From the NCBI GenBank assembly GCA_964617805.1, contig CAZTWK010000001.1, positions 95,050-159,049 on the forward strand: a stretch of DNA of 64,000 bases, written 5' to 3'. The stretch comes from an uncultured Fibrobacteraceae bacterium (GTDB lineage Bacteria > Krumholzibacteriota > Krumholzibacteriia > LZORAL124-64-63). A program made the position numbers and the translations under genes. The stretch's first letter is position 1, and the number at the start of each line of letters is the position of its first letter. Under the pieces are notes generated by a model, which worked only from the letters and a program-made list of their open reading frames with translations, was not told the origin of the DNA and did no database searches. Below are positions 23,782 to 35,262 of this stretch, in pieces.

Positions 23782-25905
23782 TCAATCGGAGGCCGAGCGT
23801 TGCACGCCCTCGGCCCCGCCCAGTATCCAGGCATAGATCACACGGTCGATCAACACCTTTTCCACGTAGCGCCGGGTCTCGGGGTAGCCGATCCAGGCCA
23901 GGAACACCTCCGGCGGAGCGTCCGCGCCGAGCTGCGTGTCCCAGCGCCGCACGGCGCCGGGGCCGGCGTTGTAGTCGGCCAGGGTGCGGTAGGGATCGCC
24001 GTCGTAGCGGCGGCGGCCGGTGTCGAGCAGCTCGAGGCCCGCCGCCAGGGAGGCCGAGAAGCGGCGCCAGACCACCTCGCCCTCGTGGTGCCCGTTGCCC
24101 GGGTAGTGGAAGGGCATGATCTGCATCCAGCCCAGGGCGCCAGAACGCGACCGCACCGCGGGATCGAAGAGCGACTCGTTGCGGGCCACGGCCAGGACCA
24201 GGGCGGGATCGAGGACGCCGGCGTCCAGGGTGTCCATGACGAAGGCATCGGTGGGCACGGGATAGAGCAGCAGCAGGTTCTCGTCGTGGCTCAGTCCCGG
24301 CCGCGAGAGCTTCACGGTGGCCGCGAGCTGGCCCCGGGCGTCGCCGAGCAGCAGGGACACGCCGAGCAGGAGGTGCCGCTCCAGGGGCTGCTTGCGGCGC
24401 GACGCCAGGCCGACCACCGGCGTCTCCTCGGCGGGCAGGACGCCGTCCGCGGCGACGATCATGGCGCGGGCCAGGGCCCAGTCGAGGATCGTCTCGCGCC
24501 AGGGGACGTGGCCCAGGCCCGCGGCGACGGCCGACGCCGTCTCGCCGGCGGACAGGTGGGCGAGATAGGCGGTCCAGGCCACGCCGGGCGTAGCGTCGGC
24601 CAGGCGGGGTCCCAGGCGGGCCCAGGCGCGCCAGGTCCCGGTGCGCGCGGACGGCAGGCCGTCGTAGTCGGGTGTCCGGGCCAGGGAGGCGGCCCGTCCG
24701 GAGCGCACGAGTGCGCGGGCCTCTCCCCTGCGGTCCGCAGCGGACGGGATTGCCACATCGTCCAGCAGGTCCAGGAGCACCTCGCTGGCCCGGTCCAGGC
24801 CCCGGTGGGCCGTGAGGGCCGCCACGCGCTCCGTCTCGATGCGCACCCGGTCGACGACGCCGTGCTTCCCGCTGCGCGACGCCGCCAGCTGCGCGGCCCG
24901 CAGGTTGGTCGCGACGCTGCCCCAGAAACCGGAGCCGGCCTGCTTGTCGGCCGCGCGGCGCAGGTAGCCAGCCCGGTGCTCCGGGGCGAGGCCCGGCAGG
25001 GCCGCCAGCTTCTCGGCCGCGGTGGCCGTGTAGCCGAGTAGGCGCCAGCGTCCGCGCAACCAGTGTTCCTGAAGTCGTGCATCCGTAGGGAGATCCGGGT
25101 ACAGGCCAAAGTGCCTTCTCAAGGCGGAGCGGGGCAGCACGACGGCGCCCAGGGCCGCCTTGGCGTCCCGGGGATAGGGACTGCGGTCCAGATCGCGCGA
25201 GGCGAGGCCGGGCTTGCGCAGACTTGCCAGGAAGAGGGCGGTCTTCGCATTGGCGGGGGCGGCGGGCAACAGGGGGCGGTCGAGGTGGCGCCGGCGGGCC
25301 GACCAGACGGTCCAGCCCGTGTTGCGGTCGTAGGCGCCCAGGTCGAGCAGCTCGGGCCAGAAGGCGTCGGTGTCGTCGGGATCGCCCAGGATGTCGCGCA
25401 GGGCGCGCGCGCGGAGCGACCAGACGAAGCGCTCCAGGTCGTCGATCTCCCCCGCCGGCAGGGAACCGAGCAACATCTCGACGGCTGCCAGGGCCGCGCG
25501 GGTGTCGCCCGCGGCGACCAGATCCAGGGCCCGCTTGGCGAGCCGGGCCTCGCGCAGGACGTCCGGGCCGGGCTCCGTGCCGTCGCGCTCGGACCAGGCC
25601 CGCAGGCGGGTGTCCAGCCAGGCGCGGGCCGCGTCGTCCGACGCGAAGCAGGCGCGCAGGCCGGGCGCGTGGACCAGGAAACCGGCCGGGTCCGCGGCGG
25701 CGCGGCGCCAGGCGCCTTCCCAGGCGGTCGACCAGTGCGCGGGCGCGAAGAGGCCCGCGGGCCAGCCGTCCTCGAGGACGACGGCGTCGGCGCCGCCGTG
25801 GCGCCCCACGCGCAGATCCTCCAGGTAGGGATCCACCAGGGGCGAGGCGGTGGCGGTGGTCGTGAGAAGAAAGAGGCCTAGGAGGAGGCTCCGTCCGTTC
25901 GTCAT
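23782..25905 (-). CDS. large soluble lytic murein transglycosylase (Slt-type) with N-terminal signal peptide
   Basis: C-terminal SLT domain ARNESLFDPAVRSRSGALGWMQIMPF...YNAGPG. N-terminal signal MTNGRSLLLGLFLLTTTATA followed by a ~450-aa Ala/Leu/Arg-rich superhelical region. Start ATG 25905 overlaps the upstream gene's stop (ATGA). The track ORF's 395-aa Arg-rich extension is rejected. Confidence 0.75.
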   Translation of the reverse strand: MTNGRSLLLGLFLLTTTATASPLVDPYLEDLRVGRHGGADAVVLEDGWPAGLFAPAHWSTAWEGAWRRAAADPAGFLVHAPGLRACFASDDAARAWLDTRLRAWSERDGTEPGPDVLREARLAKRALDLVAAGDTRAALAAVEMLLGSLPAGEIDDLERFVWSLRARALRDILGDPDDTDAFWPELLDLGAYDRNTGWTVWSARRRHLDRPLLPAAPANAKTALFLASLRKPGLASRDLDRSPYPRDAKAALGAVVLPRSALRRHFGLYPDLPTDARLQEHWLRGRWRLLGYTATAAEKLAALPGLAPEHRAGYLRRAADKQAGSGFWGSVATNLRAAQLAASRSGKHGVVDRVRIETERVAALTAHRGLDRASEVLLDLLDDVAIPSAADRRGEARALVRSGRAASLARTPDYDGLPSARTGTWRAWARLGPRLADATPGVAWTAYLAHLSAGETASAVAAGLGHVPWRETILDWALARAMIVAADGVLPAEETPVVGLASRRKQPLERHLLLGVSLLLGDARGQLAATVKLSRPGLSHDENLLLLYPVPTDAFVMDTLDAGVLDPALVLAVARNESLFDPAVRSRSGALGWMQIMPFHYPGNGHHEGEVVWRRFSASLAAGLELLDTGRRRYDGDPYRTLADYNAGPGAVRRWDTQLGADAPPEVFLAWIGYPETRRYVEKVLIDRVIYAWILGGAEGVQRSASD

Positions 25906-28697
25906 CTGATCAGGGTCACCTTTCTGCTCGCGGTGCGGGAGCCGTCCCAGGCCGCGAGGCGAATCACGTATACGCCGGCGGGCAACATTCGTCCCGCGTC
26001 GTCCCGGCCGTCCCAGCCCAATAAGAACGCGCCGTGGGGCAGCCACCAGGCGCGGACCCGACGGCCGCGCAGGTCGTAGACGCCGAGCTCGGCGCCCAGC
26101 AGGTCGTGCTCGGCGAGGAAGCGCGTCTCCGCGGCGAAGGGGTTTGGCGTCGGCGTCCCCAGGTCGAGGGACGCGATCTGCGGCGCAGACCCCAGCCGTC
26201 CCGTCCGCGAGACGACCTCGCCCACGTCGATGCGCACGCGGGCCCTCAACAAGGTACGCTGATCCTGCGCACCCGCCGGTAAGGACATCAGGGACGCCGG
26301 CACCAGCATGTCCGCCGGGGAATGGCCGGAGGGCCCGGCACTCTCCCAGACGGTCGTCCAGGCGGCGCCGTCGTCCAGGCTGGCCTCGACCGTGATCCAC
26401 TCCGGCGGTTCCCAGGGCCAGGATAGGGCGAGGCCGTCCCGGTCGGCGTCCCACACGGCCGCGAAGGGAGCGGTGGCCGTCGCGGGATCCACGAGGTCCA
26501 GACGGGCGACGAGCCAGCCGCGGCCGCGCAGGGCGAGGAGGTCGTTGGCCAGGTGCAGGCCGAGACGGGTCCAGCCGTGGGCGTCTTCGGGCAGGGGGAA
26601 GAGGTCGACGCGCCACAGGGGGGCCGCGCCGTCGAGCGGCTCTCCCGGGTCCACGAAGGCGGGCTGTCCGTGCAGCGGATTGCCCGAGTCGCCGGCGATG
26701 GCGCCGCCGTAGCCGCCCAGGGGTTCGAGCGGGACGTAGCCGCCGTCGTGCAACCGCACGTCCACCTGGGCGCCGGCGTAGCCTAGGCCGGGTTCCCAGG
26801 CGGGCACGTCCAGGGCGTGGATCAGGCGCAGGACGCCGCCGTCGGTGGCCAAGGGGGGCGACAGGAGCCGGGCGTCGCCGCCCACGGAATAGCGCACCTC
26901 GGGCCACGCGGATCCGTCGGCGTGGGCGTCGCCGGTGCAGGCCAGCACGGGCGCGTCGGGCAGGCCCTCGGCCGCGCCGGCGGGCCAGCGGTGCCAGCCG
27001 GTGCCGGCGGGATCGGGCGACACGAACTGCCAGTCGCCCGGCCAGGCGGCGGCGAAGTCGAGGGGATCGTCCAGGGCGCGCCAGAGCCACGTGCGCTCGA
27101 GCAGGTCGAAGGCTACGTCGTCCCGGCGCAGCTCGACGGCGAAGATGGAGGTGGCGCCGGCCGGCGGCGTGTCGTGGGGCACCCAGACGAGGGGCGTGTC
27201 CAGGACCCAGCGGCCCTCTTCCGCCGGGAGCAGGTCTCGCGACACCTGGTTCGCGTCGCCGGCGAAGGCGCCCCAGTCGCTGATCCCGAACAAGTGGGTC
27301 ACCTGGACGGAGAGGGCGGCGTCGCCCTGGTCGGGTCCGGTCACATCGAGAGAGAGCAGGGTGTCGCCGCCGGCGATCGCGACGGACAGGGACAGGTCGA
27401 AGCCGGTGCCGTCGATGTCGTAGACCACCGTCACGCTGTCGCCGGCCTGGGCGAAGACGCAGGCCACGCCGCTGGTCCCGTGGTAGCCATCGCTCGCGGG
27501 GAGGGAACCCGCGTCCCAGGTGAAGGGGCCCGCCTCGCCGGGGAACATGTCGTCGAGGCCGCCCTGGGAATCGCCGTCGGCCAGTCCCGTGTCGCCGTCG
27601 GCCTCGACCAGGCGGACACGCAGGCGGTCCGGGGCGTCGGTCGCGTGGGTGAAGTCCGGCACGGATTCGTCCACGTGGTAGACCAGCAGGCGGGGGTCGG
27701 GGAACAGGGCGTCGAAGGGCCAGGCGCCGTCGCCGCCGCGCACCTCGAGCAGGAAGTACTCGCCGGGATCGGTCCGGGAGGCGGGCAGCCGGAGCAGGGC
27801 GCCGGGGCCGAGGGTCACCGCGCCGCTGTCGCCGCGCGCGAGTTCCGTCACCGGGGCCCAGCCGAGCTGGGCGGCGCTGTAGGCGTCGAGCAGGGAGGCG
27901 CCGCTGCCGTCACCCTGTCCCCAGGCGCCGGCGGACATGAGGCTGAAGTTGCCCAGCCCCCCGCGGCTCAGGGCGCCGTCGCCGGCGGGCGACAGGTCGG
28001 GATCGTAGCGGTCCTCGAGACCGAGCAGGTGGGCCGACTCGTGGGCCCACACGCCGGGGCCGCTGTGCAGGCTGGCCACGGCAAAGCACTGGGCGCTGGT
28101 GCCCGCCTGCAGGTGGGGCGCCTCCAGGTAGTACTGCATGGGCACCACCCGGCCCGTGTCCGGATCGTTCTCCAGGCCGGGTGCCGCGTGCAGGATCAAC
28201 ACGCCGTCCACGTGTCCGTCGTCGTCCGCGTCCGCCGCGGCGAAGGGGACGCCGGCGGTGTCCGCGCCCGCGAGGGCGCCCGCTGCCAGGGCCCGGGCGC
28301 GGGCGTGGGTGAAGGGAGTCTGCAGATCCGAATAGTAGACGCGCGTCTCGGGCAGGTGGACCGGTGGGGCGAGCACGATGCGCAGCCAGCCCTCCCGTCC
28401 GCTGGCCGTGGTGAAGTACCGCTCCAGGGTTTCGCCGTCGAGGCCGGCCACGCGCGGCGCCAACTCGGCGCCGGCGTCCCAGCCCGCGGCCAGGCGCGCA
28501 TCCGCGAAGTCCACCGGGATCACCAGCAGTCCGAACTCGAAGGCGGCCTTGTCGGCGGCGCGCACGGCGGCGCGGCGCTCGGCGCGCCAGCGGGCCAGCT
28601 CCGGGTCGGCGGGTGCGGCCCCGGCCGGGGCGCACAAGCAGGCGACCGCCCCCAGGAGGGCGGCCGTCCACATCGCTTTCGCAGTCCTGCTTGTCAT
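25902..28697 (-). CDS. M6-family (immune inhibitor A-like) zinc metalloprotease with T9SS-type C-terminal sorting domain
   Basis: Signal peptide MTSRTAKAMWTAALLGAVACLCAPAGAA. HESAHLLGLEDRYD (HExxHxxGxxD) at 28002..28043. Last ~85 aa (PNPFAAETRFLAEHDLLGAELGVYDLRGRRV...WDGRDDAGRMLPAGVYVIRL) match the Por-secretion-tail/FlgD-Ig beta-sandwich CTD. Start ATG 28697; track extension to 29675 overlaps guaA and is rejected. Confidence 0.75.
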   Translation of the reverse strand: MTSRTAKAMWTAALLGAVACLCAPAGAAPADPELARWRAERRAAVRAADKAAFEFGLLVIPVDFADARLAAGWDAGAELAPRVAGLDGETLERYFTTASGREGWLRIVLAPPVHLPETRVYYSDLQTPFTHARARALAAGALAGADTAGVPFAAADADDDGHVDGVLILHAAPGLENDPDTGRVVPMQYYLEAPHLQAGTSAQCFAVASLHSGPGVWAHESAHLLGLEDRYDPDLSPAGDGALSRGGLGNFSLMSAGAWGQGDGSGASLLDAYSAAQLGWAPVTELARGDSGAVTLGPGALLRLPASRTDPGEYFLLEVRGGDGAWPFDALFPDPRLLVYHVDESVPDFTHATDAPDRLRVRLVEADGDTGLADGDSQGGLDDMFPGEAGPFTWDAGSLPASDGYHGTSGVACVFAQAGDSVTVVYDIDGTGFDLSLSVAIAGGDTLLSLDVTGPDQGDAALSVQVTHLFGISDWGAFAGDANQVSRDLLPAEEGRWVLDTPLVWVPHDTPPAGATSIFAVELRRDDVAFDLLERTWLWRALDDPLDFAAAWPGDWQFVSPDPAGTGWHRWPAGAAEGLPDAPVLACTGDAHADGSAWPEVRYSVGGDARLLSPPLATDGGVLRLIHALDVPAWEPGLGYAGAQVDVRLHDGGYVPLEPLGGYGGAIAGDSGNPLHGQPAFVDPGEPLDGAAPLWRVDLFPLPEDAHGWTRLGLHLANDLLALRGRGWLVARLDLVDPATATAPFAAVWDADRDGLALSWPWEPPEWITVEASLDDGAAWTTVWESAGPSGHSPADMLVPASLMSLPAGAQDQRTLLRARVRIDVGEVVSRTGRLGSAPQIASLDLGTPTPNPFAAETRFLAEHDLLGAELGVYDLRGRRVRAWWLPHGAFLLGWDGRDDAGRMLPAGVYVIRLAAWDGSRTASRKVTLIR

Positions 28698-28720
28698 GCG
28701 CACATCACGAACCGGTCGGC

Positions 28721-30271
28721 TCACTCCCACTCGATGGTGCTCGGCGGCTTGCTGCTCACGTCGTAGACCACGCGGTTGATGCCGGGCACCTCGTTGATGA
28801 TGCGGTTGCTCACCCGCGCCAGCACCTCGTCGGGGATGCGGGCCCAGTCGGCGGTCATGCCGTCCAGGCTGGTCACCGCCCGCAGGGCCACGGCCGCCTC
28901 GTAGGTGCGCTGGTCCCCCATCACACCCACCGAGCGGACGGGCAACAGCACCGCGCCCGCCTGCCAGATGCGGTCGTACTCGCCGCTGTCGCGCAACTCC
29001 TGGATGAATATATGGTCCGCCTGCTGCAGGAGGCGAATGGCGTCGAGGGTCACCTCGCCGAGGATGCGCACGCCCAGCCCCGGTCCCGGGAAGGGATGGC
29101 GCATGAGCATGGCGTCGGGGATCTCCAGGCTGCGGCCCACGCGGCGCACCTCGTCCTTGAAGAGCTCGCCCAGGGGCTCGATGAGCTCGAAGCCCAGTTC
29201 CTCCGGCAAACCGCCCACGTTGTGGTGCGTCTTGATGACGTGCGAGGGGCCGTTGACCGAGACGGACTCGATGCGGTCCGGGTAGAGGGTGCCCTGGGCC
29301 AGGAAGTCGAAAGGCCCCATGTCGGCGGTGGCCGAGGTGAAGACCTCGATGAAGGTGTTGCCGATTATCTTGCGCTTGCGCTCGGGCTCGGTCACGCCGC
29401 GCAGGCGGTCCAGGAAGATGTTGCGGGCGTCCACGCGCTGGACCGGCCGGTGCAGGAAGGCGTTGAGGTTGCGCTCCACCTCGCTGGCCTCGCCGAGGCG
29501 CAGCAGGCCGTTGTCCACGAAGACGGTGTAGAGCTGTTCGCCGATGGCCTGGTCGATGAGCGTGGCGACCACGGTCGAATCGACGCCGCCGGACACGGCG
29601 CACAGCACCTTGCGGTCGCCCACGCGCGCGCGGATCTCCTCGATGGCGGTCTCGGCGAAGGCGGCGGCCGACCACTCGCTGTCGATGGCGCAGATGTCGC
29701 GGCAGAAGTTGTGCAGGATCTGCATGCCGTGCTCGGTGTGGACCACCTCGGGATGGAACTGCACGCAGTAGAAGCCCCGCCCCTCGTCACCGGCCGCGGC
29801 GTAGGGGATGGAGCCGGAACTGGCCAGGGGCGCGAAGCCATCGGGCAGGGCGCCCACGCGGTCGCCGTGGCTCATCCACACGCCCTGCTCGCCGGGCGTA
29901 TCCGCGAAGAGGCGACCGCCGGTCCCGCAGTCGATGGTGGCCGGCCCGTACTCGCGCTTGGACGAGGCCTCGATGGTGCCGCCGAGCTTGCGGCACATGA
30001 GCTGCATGCCGTAGCAGATGCCGAGCAGGGGCTTGCCCTCGCCGAAGAGCTCGTCCCCGATGTCGGGCGCGCCGTTCTCGTAGACCGAGGAGGGGCCGCC
30101 GGAGAGGACGACGCCGCGGATCTCGTCGCGGTCGAGCAACTCTCGGTAGCGGTTGTAGGGGTAGATCTCGGAGAACACGCCGACCTCGCGCAGGCGTCGC
30201 GCGATGAGCTGGGTGTACTGGGATCCGAAATCGAGGACCGCCACCTCGGGCTGGACATGTGTCTGGCTCAT
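28721..30271 (-). CDS. guaA: GMP synthase (glutamine-hydrolysing)
   Basis: N-terminal GATase VAVLDFGSQYTQLIARRLREVGV; ATP-PPase SGGVDS motif; C-terminal dimerisation domain ending ...PPSTIEWE. Confidence 0.9.
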   Translation of the reverse strand: MSQTHVQPEVAVLDFGSQYTQLIARRLREVGVFSEIYPYNRYRELLDRDEIRGVVLSGGPSSVYENGAPDIGDELFGEGKPLLGICYGMQLMCRKLGGTIEASSKREYGPATIDCGTGGRLFADTPGEQGVWMSHGDRVGALPDGFAPLASSGSIPYAAAGDEGRGFYCVQFHPEVVHTEHGMQILHNFCRDICAIDSEWSAAAFAETAIEEIRARVGDRKVLCAVSGGVDSTVVATLIDQAIGEQLYTVFVDNGLLRLGEASEVERNLNAFLHRPVQRVDARNIFLDRLRGVTEPERKRKIIGNTFIEVFTSATADMGPFDFLAQGTLYPDRIESVSVNGPSHVIKTHHNVGGLPEELGFELIEPLGELFKDEVRRVGRSLEIPDAMLMRHPFPGPGLGVRILGEVTLDAIRLLQQADHIFIQELRDSGEYDRIWQAGAVLLPVRSVGVMGDQRTYEAAVALRAVTSLDGMTADWARIPDEVLARVSNRIINEVPGINRVVYDVSSKPPSTIEWE

Positions 30272-30283
30272 GGTCGTTCCCTG

Positions 30284-31806
<1,523 letters not shown>

Positions 31807-31828
<22 letters not shown>

Positions 31829-32712
31829 CTGCGGGCCTCCTCGGCGAAGAGTAGGTCGAGCACCTCGAGGTAGCGGCGCGAGGTGTGGTCCAGGATCTCG
31901 TCGGGCAGCGCCGGCGGCGGATAGGTCTGGTCCCAGTCGAGTGTGTCGAGGTGGTTGCGCAGGATCTGCTTGTCCCAGCTCGGCGGCTCCTCCCCCGGCA
32001 CGTGTTCGGCGGCGGGCCAGAAGCGGCTGGAGTCGGGGGTCAGCACCTCGTCGATCAGGGTGATCTGGCCGTCGATCAGGCCGAACTCGAACTTGGTGTC
32101 GGCGATCAGCACCCCGCCCGCCTTGGCGTAGGCGGCGGCGCGGGTGTAGAGGTCCAGGGTGAGATCCTGGAGTTCGGACGTGGCCTCTTCGCCGATGATT
32201 TCGCGCGTTTGCGCCAGGTCGATGTTCTCGTCGTGGCCGGTCTCAGCCTTGGTCGAGGGCGTAAAAAGGGCACGCGGCAACTGCTGGGACTTGAGCAGCC
32301 CCTCGGGCAGCGCGTGGCCGCAGATGGTGCCGTCCTTCTGGTAGGAGCGCCAGCCGGAGCCGGTGATGTAGCCGCGGGCGATGCACTCCACGGGGAAGGG
32401 CTCGGCCTTGCGCACCAGCATGGCGCGGCCGGACAGCTCCGAGCGCAGATCGCGGAAGGGGGCCGGAAAGAGATCCGCCTCGGCCGTGACCAGATGGTTC
32501 GGAATCTCGTTGAAGTAATCCAGCCAGGCCATTGTCATAACTGTCAGTACGCAACCTCGCCCCGGGACGTCCTGGTCCATCACGACGTCGTAGGCCGAGA
32601 TGCGGTCGGTGGCCACGATCATCAGCTCCTGCCCGAGGTCGAAGATCTCGCGCACCTTGCCGGTGCGGTCGGGCTTCAGGCCGAGATCGACCGTGCTTCG
32701 CAACGACTGCAT
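31807..32712 (-). CDS. purC: phosphoribosylaminoimidazole-succinocarboxamide synthase
   Basis: GKVREIFDLGQELMIVATDRISAYDVVM SAICAR synthetase signature; long (301 aa) PurC form. Confidence 0.85.
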
Positions 32713-32754
32713 CTTTCTCCCGTTCGCTGGAATCTGGTTTGATGTCGGGTGGTG

Positions 32755-35262
32755 TTATCGCCGAGACGCCGGCATGGTACGCGCCGGTCCGCCGGGTGTC
32801 AAGCCGATGGCCGCGGGAACCGGCCCGGCGGTGATTTCGGGCGGTCCCGCGTCCCGCCAGCGCAGTACGACGGTGCCGTCGAGATCGGTGCGCAGGACGC
32901 GCAGGGTGTCGACGCCGAGCGTGAAGGGACCGTGGCTGGGGTGGCCGTGGCGGTTGTCCAGGCCGCAGCTGATCAGCATCGTCGCCGGACGCAGCGCCGC
33001 CAGGAAGCCGGGGGAACTGGAGGTGCGGCTGCCGTGGTGTCCCGCCTTCAGGACCTCGAGGCCGTGTGGGGCGTGTATGGGATGCCTCGCCAGCAGGTCC
33101 CGCTCGCCCGCCGCCTCCAGATCGCCGGTCCACAGGCCGCGGGGCCGGCCGTGACCGTGGAGGGCGACGACCAGCGAGCGGTCGTTCTCCGCCGGGCCCG
33201 TCTTCTCCGCTCCTCCCGTTGCGATGCAGATCAACGACCAGCCGGCCGCCCGGTGCAGGGTGTCGCCGGGCGCCGGACGCCGCACGGACCGGGGGTGGAC
33301 ATCCGGCGGCGCCTCGGCGCGGCCGCCCAGCCACCAGGTCGACGGAGCCAGCTCGGCGGCCACCTGCGCGGCCGCTCCATCGTGATCCGCGTGTCCGTGG
33401 GTGAGCACCACGCCGGCCGGCGGACCGAGGCCCTCCCGTCTGAGCCAGGGGCGGACGTCGCGCCGGAAGGGCCCCGTGTCCCGCCAGGCCTCCCCCGTGT
33501 CGATCAGGATCCAGCTGCGGTCGGGGAAGACCAGGGCGGCGCAGTCCCCCTGGCCCACGTCGAACTGGACGGCCGTCATCTCGCCGCCGTGCACGGTACG
33601 GCCCAGGTAGGGCAGCGTCAGCAGGCCCGCGGCGCACACGGCCCCCACGCAACGCGCGACCCGACCGGAGGCCGTGGCCAGCCGCCACAGACCCCAGAGA
33701 CCCGTCGCGTAGAGCACGCCTGCACGCAGGTCCCAGAGCGGCAGCCCGAGGCGGGCGCCGGCCAGGTCCGCGAGCAGGCCCGTGCCGGCGGAGATCAGGC
33801 GCAGCATGAGCCAGGACACCGCGGACAGGGATTCGGCGAGCCAGCCCAGCGGCGCGAGCAGCAGCGCGCCGGCGCCCAACCACACGGCGCCACCGAAGAC
33901 AGGCACCGCGACGAGATTCAGGCCGGTGGCCAGCGGATGGATCCAGCCGAAGCTGCGGGCCGTCTCGGGCAGGGCACCGAGCTGGGCGCCGAGACTGACG
34001 GCCAGCGCGTTGCCCAGCCAGCGCACCGCGCGCGGGCGGCCGGCGAGACCGGGCGACACGGCGCGCAACGTGAGGACGATGCCCGCGGCGGCCCCGAAGG
34101 AGAGGCGCAGCCCCGCGTCCGACAGGGCCGCCGGCTCGGCCAGGGTCCAGATCCAGAGCAGCAGGCCGAGACTGCGCAGTCCGTCCGGGGGGCGTCCCGT
34201 CCAGGCGGCCACGGCCGCGACGCCCAGCAGGGAGGCCGCCCGCACGGCGGAACCCGGCATGCCGACCAGCAGCGTGTACACGACCAACGCGGGGACCAGG
34301 ATCAGGCAGCGGCCCCCGGGACCGAGTCGCGCCAGTCTGAGCATCAGCATCAGGATGCCGCCCACGAGCCCCACGTGCAGACCGCTGACGGCGAAGAGAT
34401 GGCCCAGGCCGAGCCCGGCGTAGGACGCGCGCAATGAGCGCATCTCCTCGCTGCGATCACCCAGCAGGACCGAACGCAGCAGGCGCGCTTCGTCCGGCGG
34501 GAAGAGCGTCTCGATCCGGTCGACGAGAGAGACGCGCAGCGGCGACAGCCAGCGTGCGCCGGCGTGGCCGAGGATGTCGTCCTGCGCCGGGAGCGTATCC
34601 CGCTCGGTCAGGCGGCCCTCCCACGCCAGGCCGCGCCCCCGCAGGAAGTCCCGGGTCGAAAAGCCGCCCGGTACCGCCGCCCGCCGCGGCACGCGACAGT
34701 CGAGCTGACCCGCCAGGCGCTGCCACAGGTGCGGCCCGGCACCCTCGCCCGCGATCATCACACCCTCGCCGGGCCGTGGCCCGGGGTGACCGTCCACCTC
34801 GGGAAACGCGCCGGCCATCAGCACGGCGGGCGCCCGCCAGCCCGTGCCCGCGGGCCGCGGCCAGGCCGTGACGCGCAGGCAGGCCCCGCCTTGCCAGACG
34901 CGCCGGCGCGCCGGCGACCAGCGGTCCGGGCAGACGATGCCTCTCTCCGCCGCGTCGTCCGCCGCCGCGCACCAGCCCAGCGCCGCGGTGGCGAGCGCGG
35001 CCCCGAGTCTCACCTCGGGACGGGCGCTGACGGCCGCGGCCAGGGGCGTCAGGCAGGCCAGCCGCGCGGCGTCGGGTCCGGGCAGGGGCCGCGGCCCGCC
35101 GTGCCACTCCCCCGCACCGAGCCCCGACAACAGCAGGACGGCCCAGGTCGCGGGCCAGGGCCGGCGGGCGAGGTCGGCGAGACGGGAACCGATCAGTCGG
35201 CGGGCGCGCTGTAGCGGGGCAGGGTGAGGATGGGATCGCCGTCGGGATTCCAGAAGTGGCAC
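32755..35262 (-). CDS. comEC: DNA internalisation-related competence protein ComEC/Rec2 (with C-terminal metallo-beta-lactamase domain)
   Basis: Polytopic membrane core (GLHVGLVGGILMLM...) and C-terminal MBL motif VVLTHGHADHDGAAAQV...HHGS. Start uncertain: candidate GTG 35262 overlaps the GGDEF gene by 70 nt. No in-frame start lies between the GGDEF stop and the first TM helix other than TTG 35130. The track's 170-aa Arg-rich extension is rejected. Confidence 0.6.
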   Translation of the reverse strand: MPLLESRRRSHPHPAPLQRARRLIGSRLADLARRPWPATWAVLLLSGLGAGEWHGGPRPLPGPDAARLACLTPLAAAVSARPEVRLGAALATAALGWCAAADDAAERGIVCPDRWSPARRRVWQGGACLRVTAWPRPAGTGWRAPAVLMAGAFPEVDGHPGPRPGEGVMIAGEGAGPHLWQRLAGQLDCRVPRRAAVPGGFSTRDFLRGRGLAWEGRLTERDTLPAQDDILGHAGARWLSPLRVSLVDRIETLFPPDEARLLRSVLLGDRSEEMRSLRASYAGLGLGHLFAVSGLHVGLVGGILMLMLRLARLGPGGRCLILVPALVVYTLLVGMPGSAVRAASLLGVAAVAAWTGRPPDGLRSLGLLLWIWTLAEPAALSDAGLRLSFGAAAGIVLTLRAVSPGLAGRPRAVRWLGNALAVSLGAQLGALPETARSFGWIHPLATGLNLVAVPVFGGAVWLGAGALLLAPLGWLAESLSAVSWLMLRLISAGTGLLADLAGARLGLPLWDLRAGVLYATGLWGLWRLATASGRVARCVGAVCAAGLLTLPYLGRTVHGGEMTAVQFDVGQGDCAALVFPDRSWILIDTGEAWRDTGPFRRDVRPWLRREGLGPPAGVVLTHGHADHDGAAAQVAAELAPSTWWLGGRAEAPPDVHPRSVRRPAPGDTLHRAAGWSLICIATGGAEKTGPAENDRSLVVALHGHGRPRGLWTGDLEAAGERDLLARHPIHAPHGLEVLKAGHHGSRTSSSPGFLAALRPATMLISCGLDNRHGHPSHGPFTLGVDTLRVLRTDLDGTVVLRWRDAGPPEITAGPVPAAIGLTPGGPARTMPASRR

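Noticed and set aside
25906-27090. Arg/Pro-rich N-terminal extensions of the longest ORFs (e.g. 395 aa on the Slt-like gene, 326 aa on the protease, 378 aa on scpB, 285 aa on xerD)
   Set aside because: They overlap the upstream gene in another frame, lack any domain signal, and a canonical start with SD sits exactly at the upstream stop codon.
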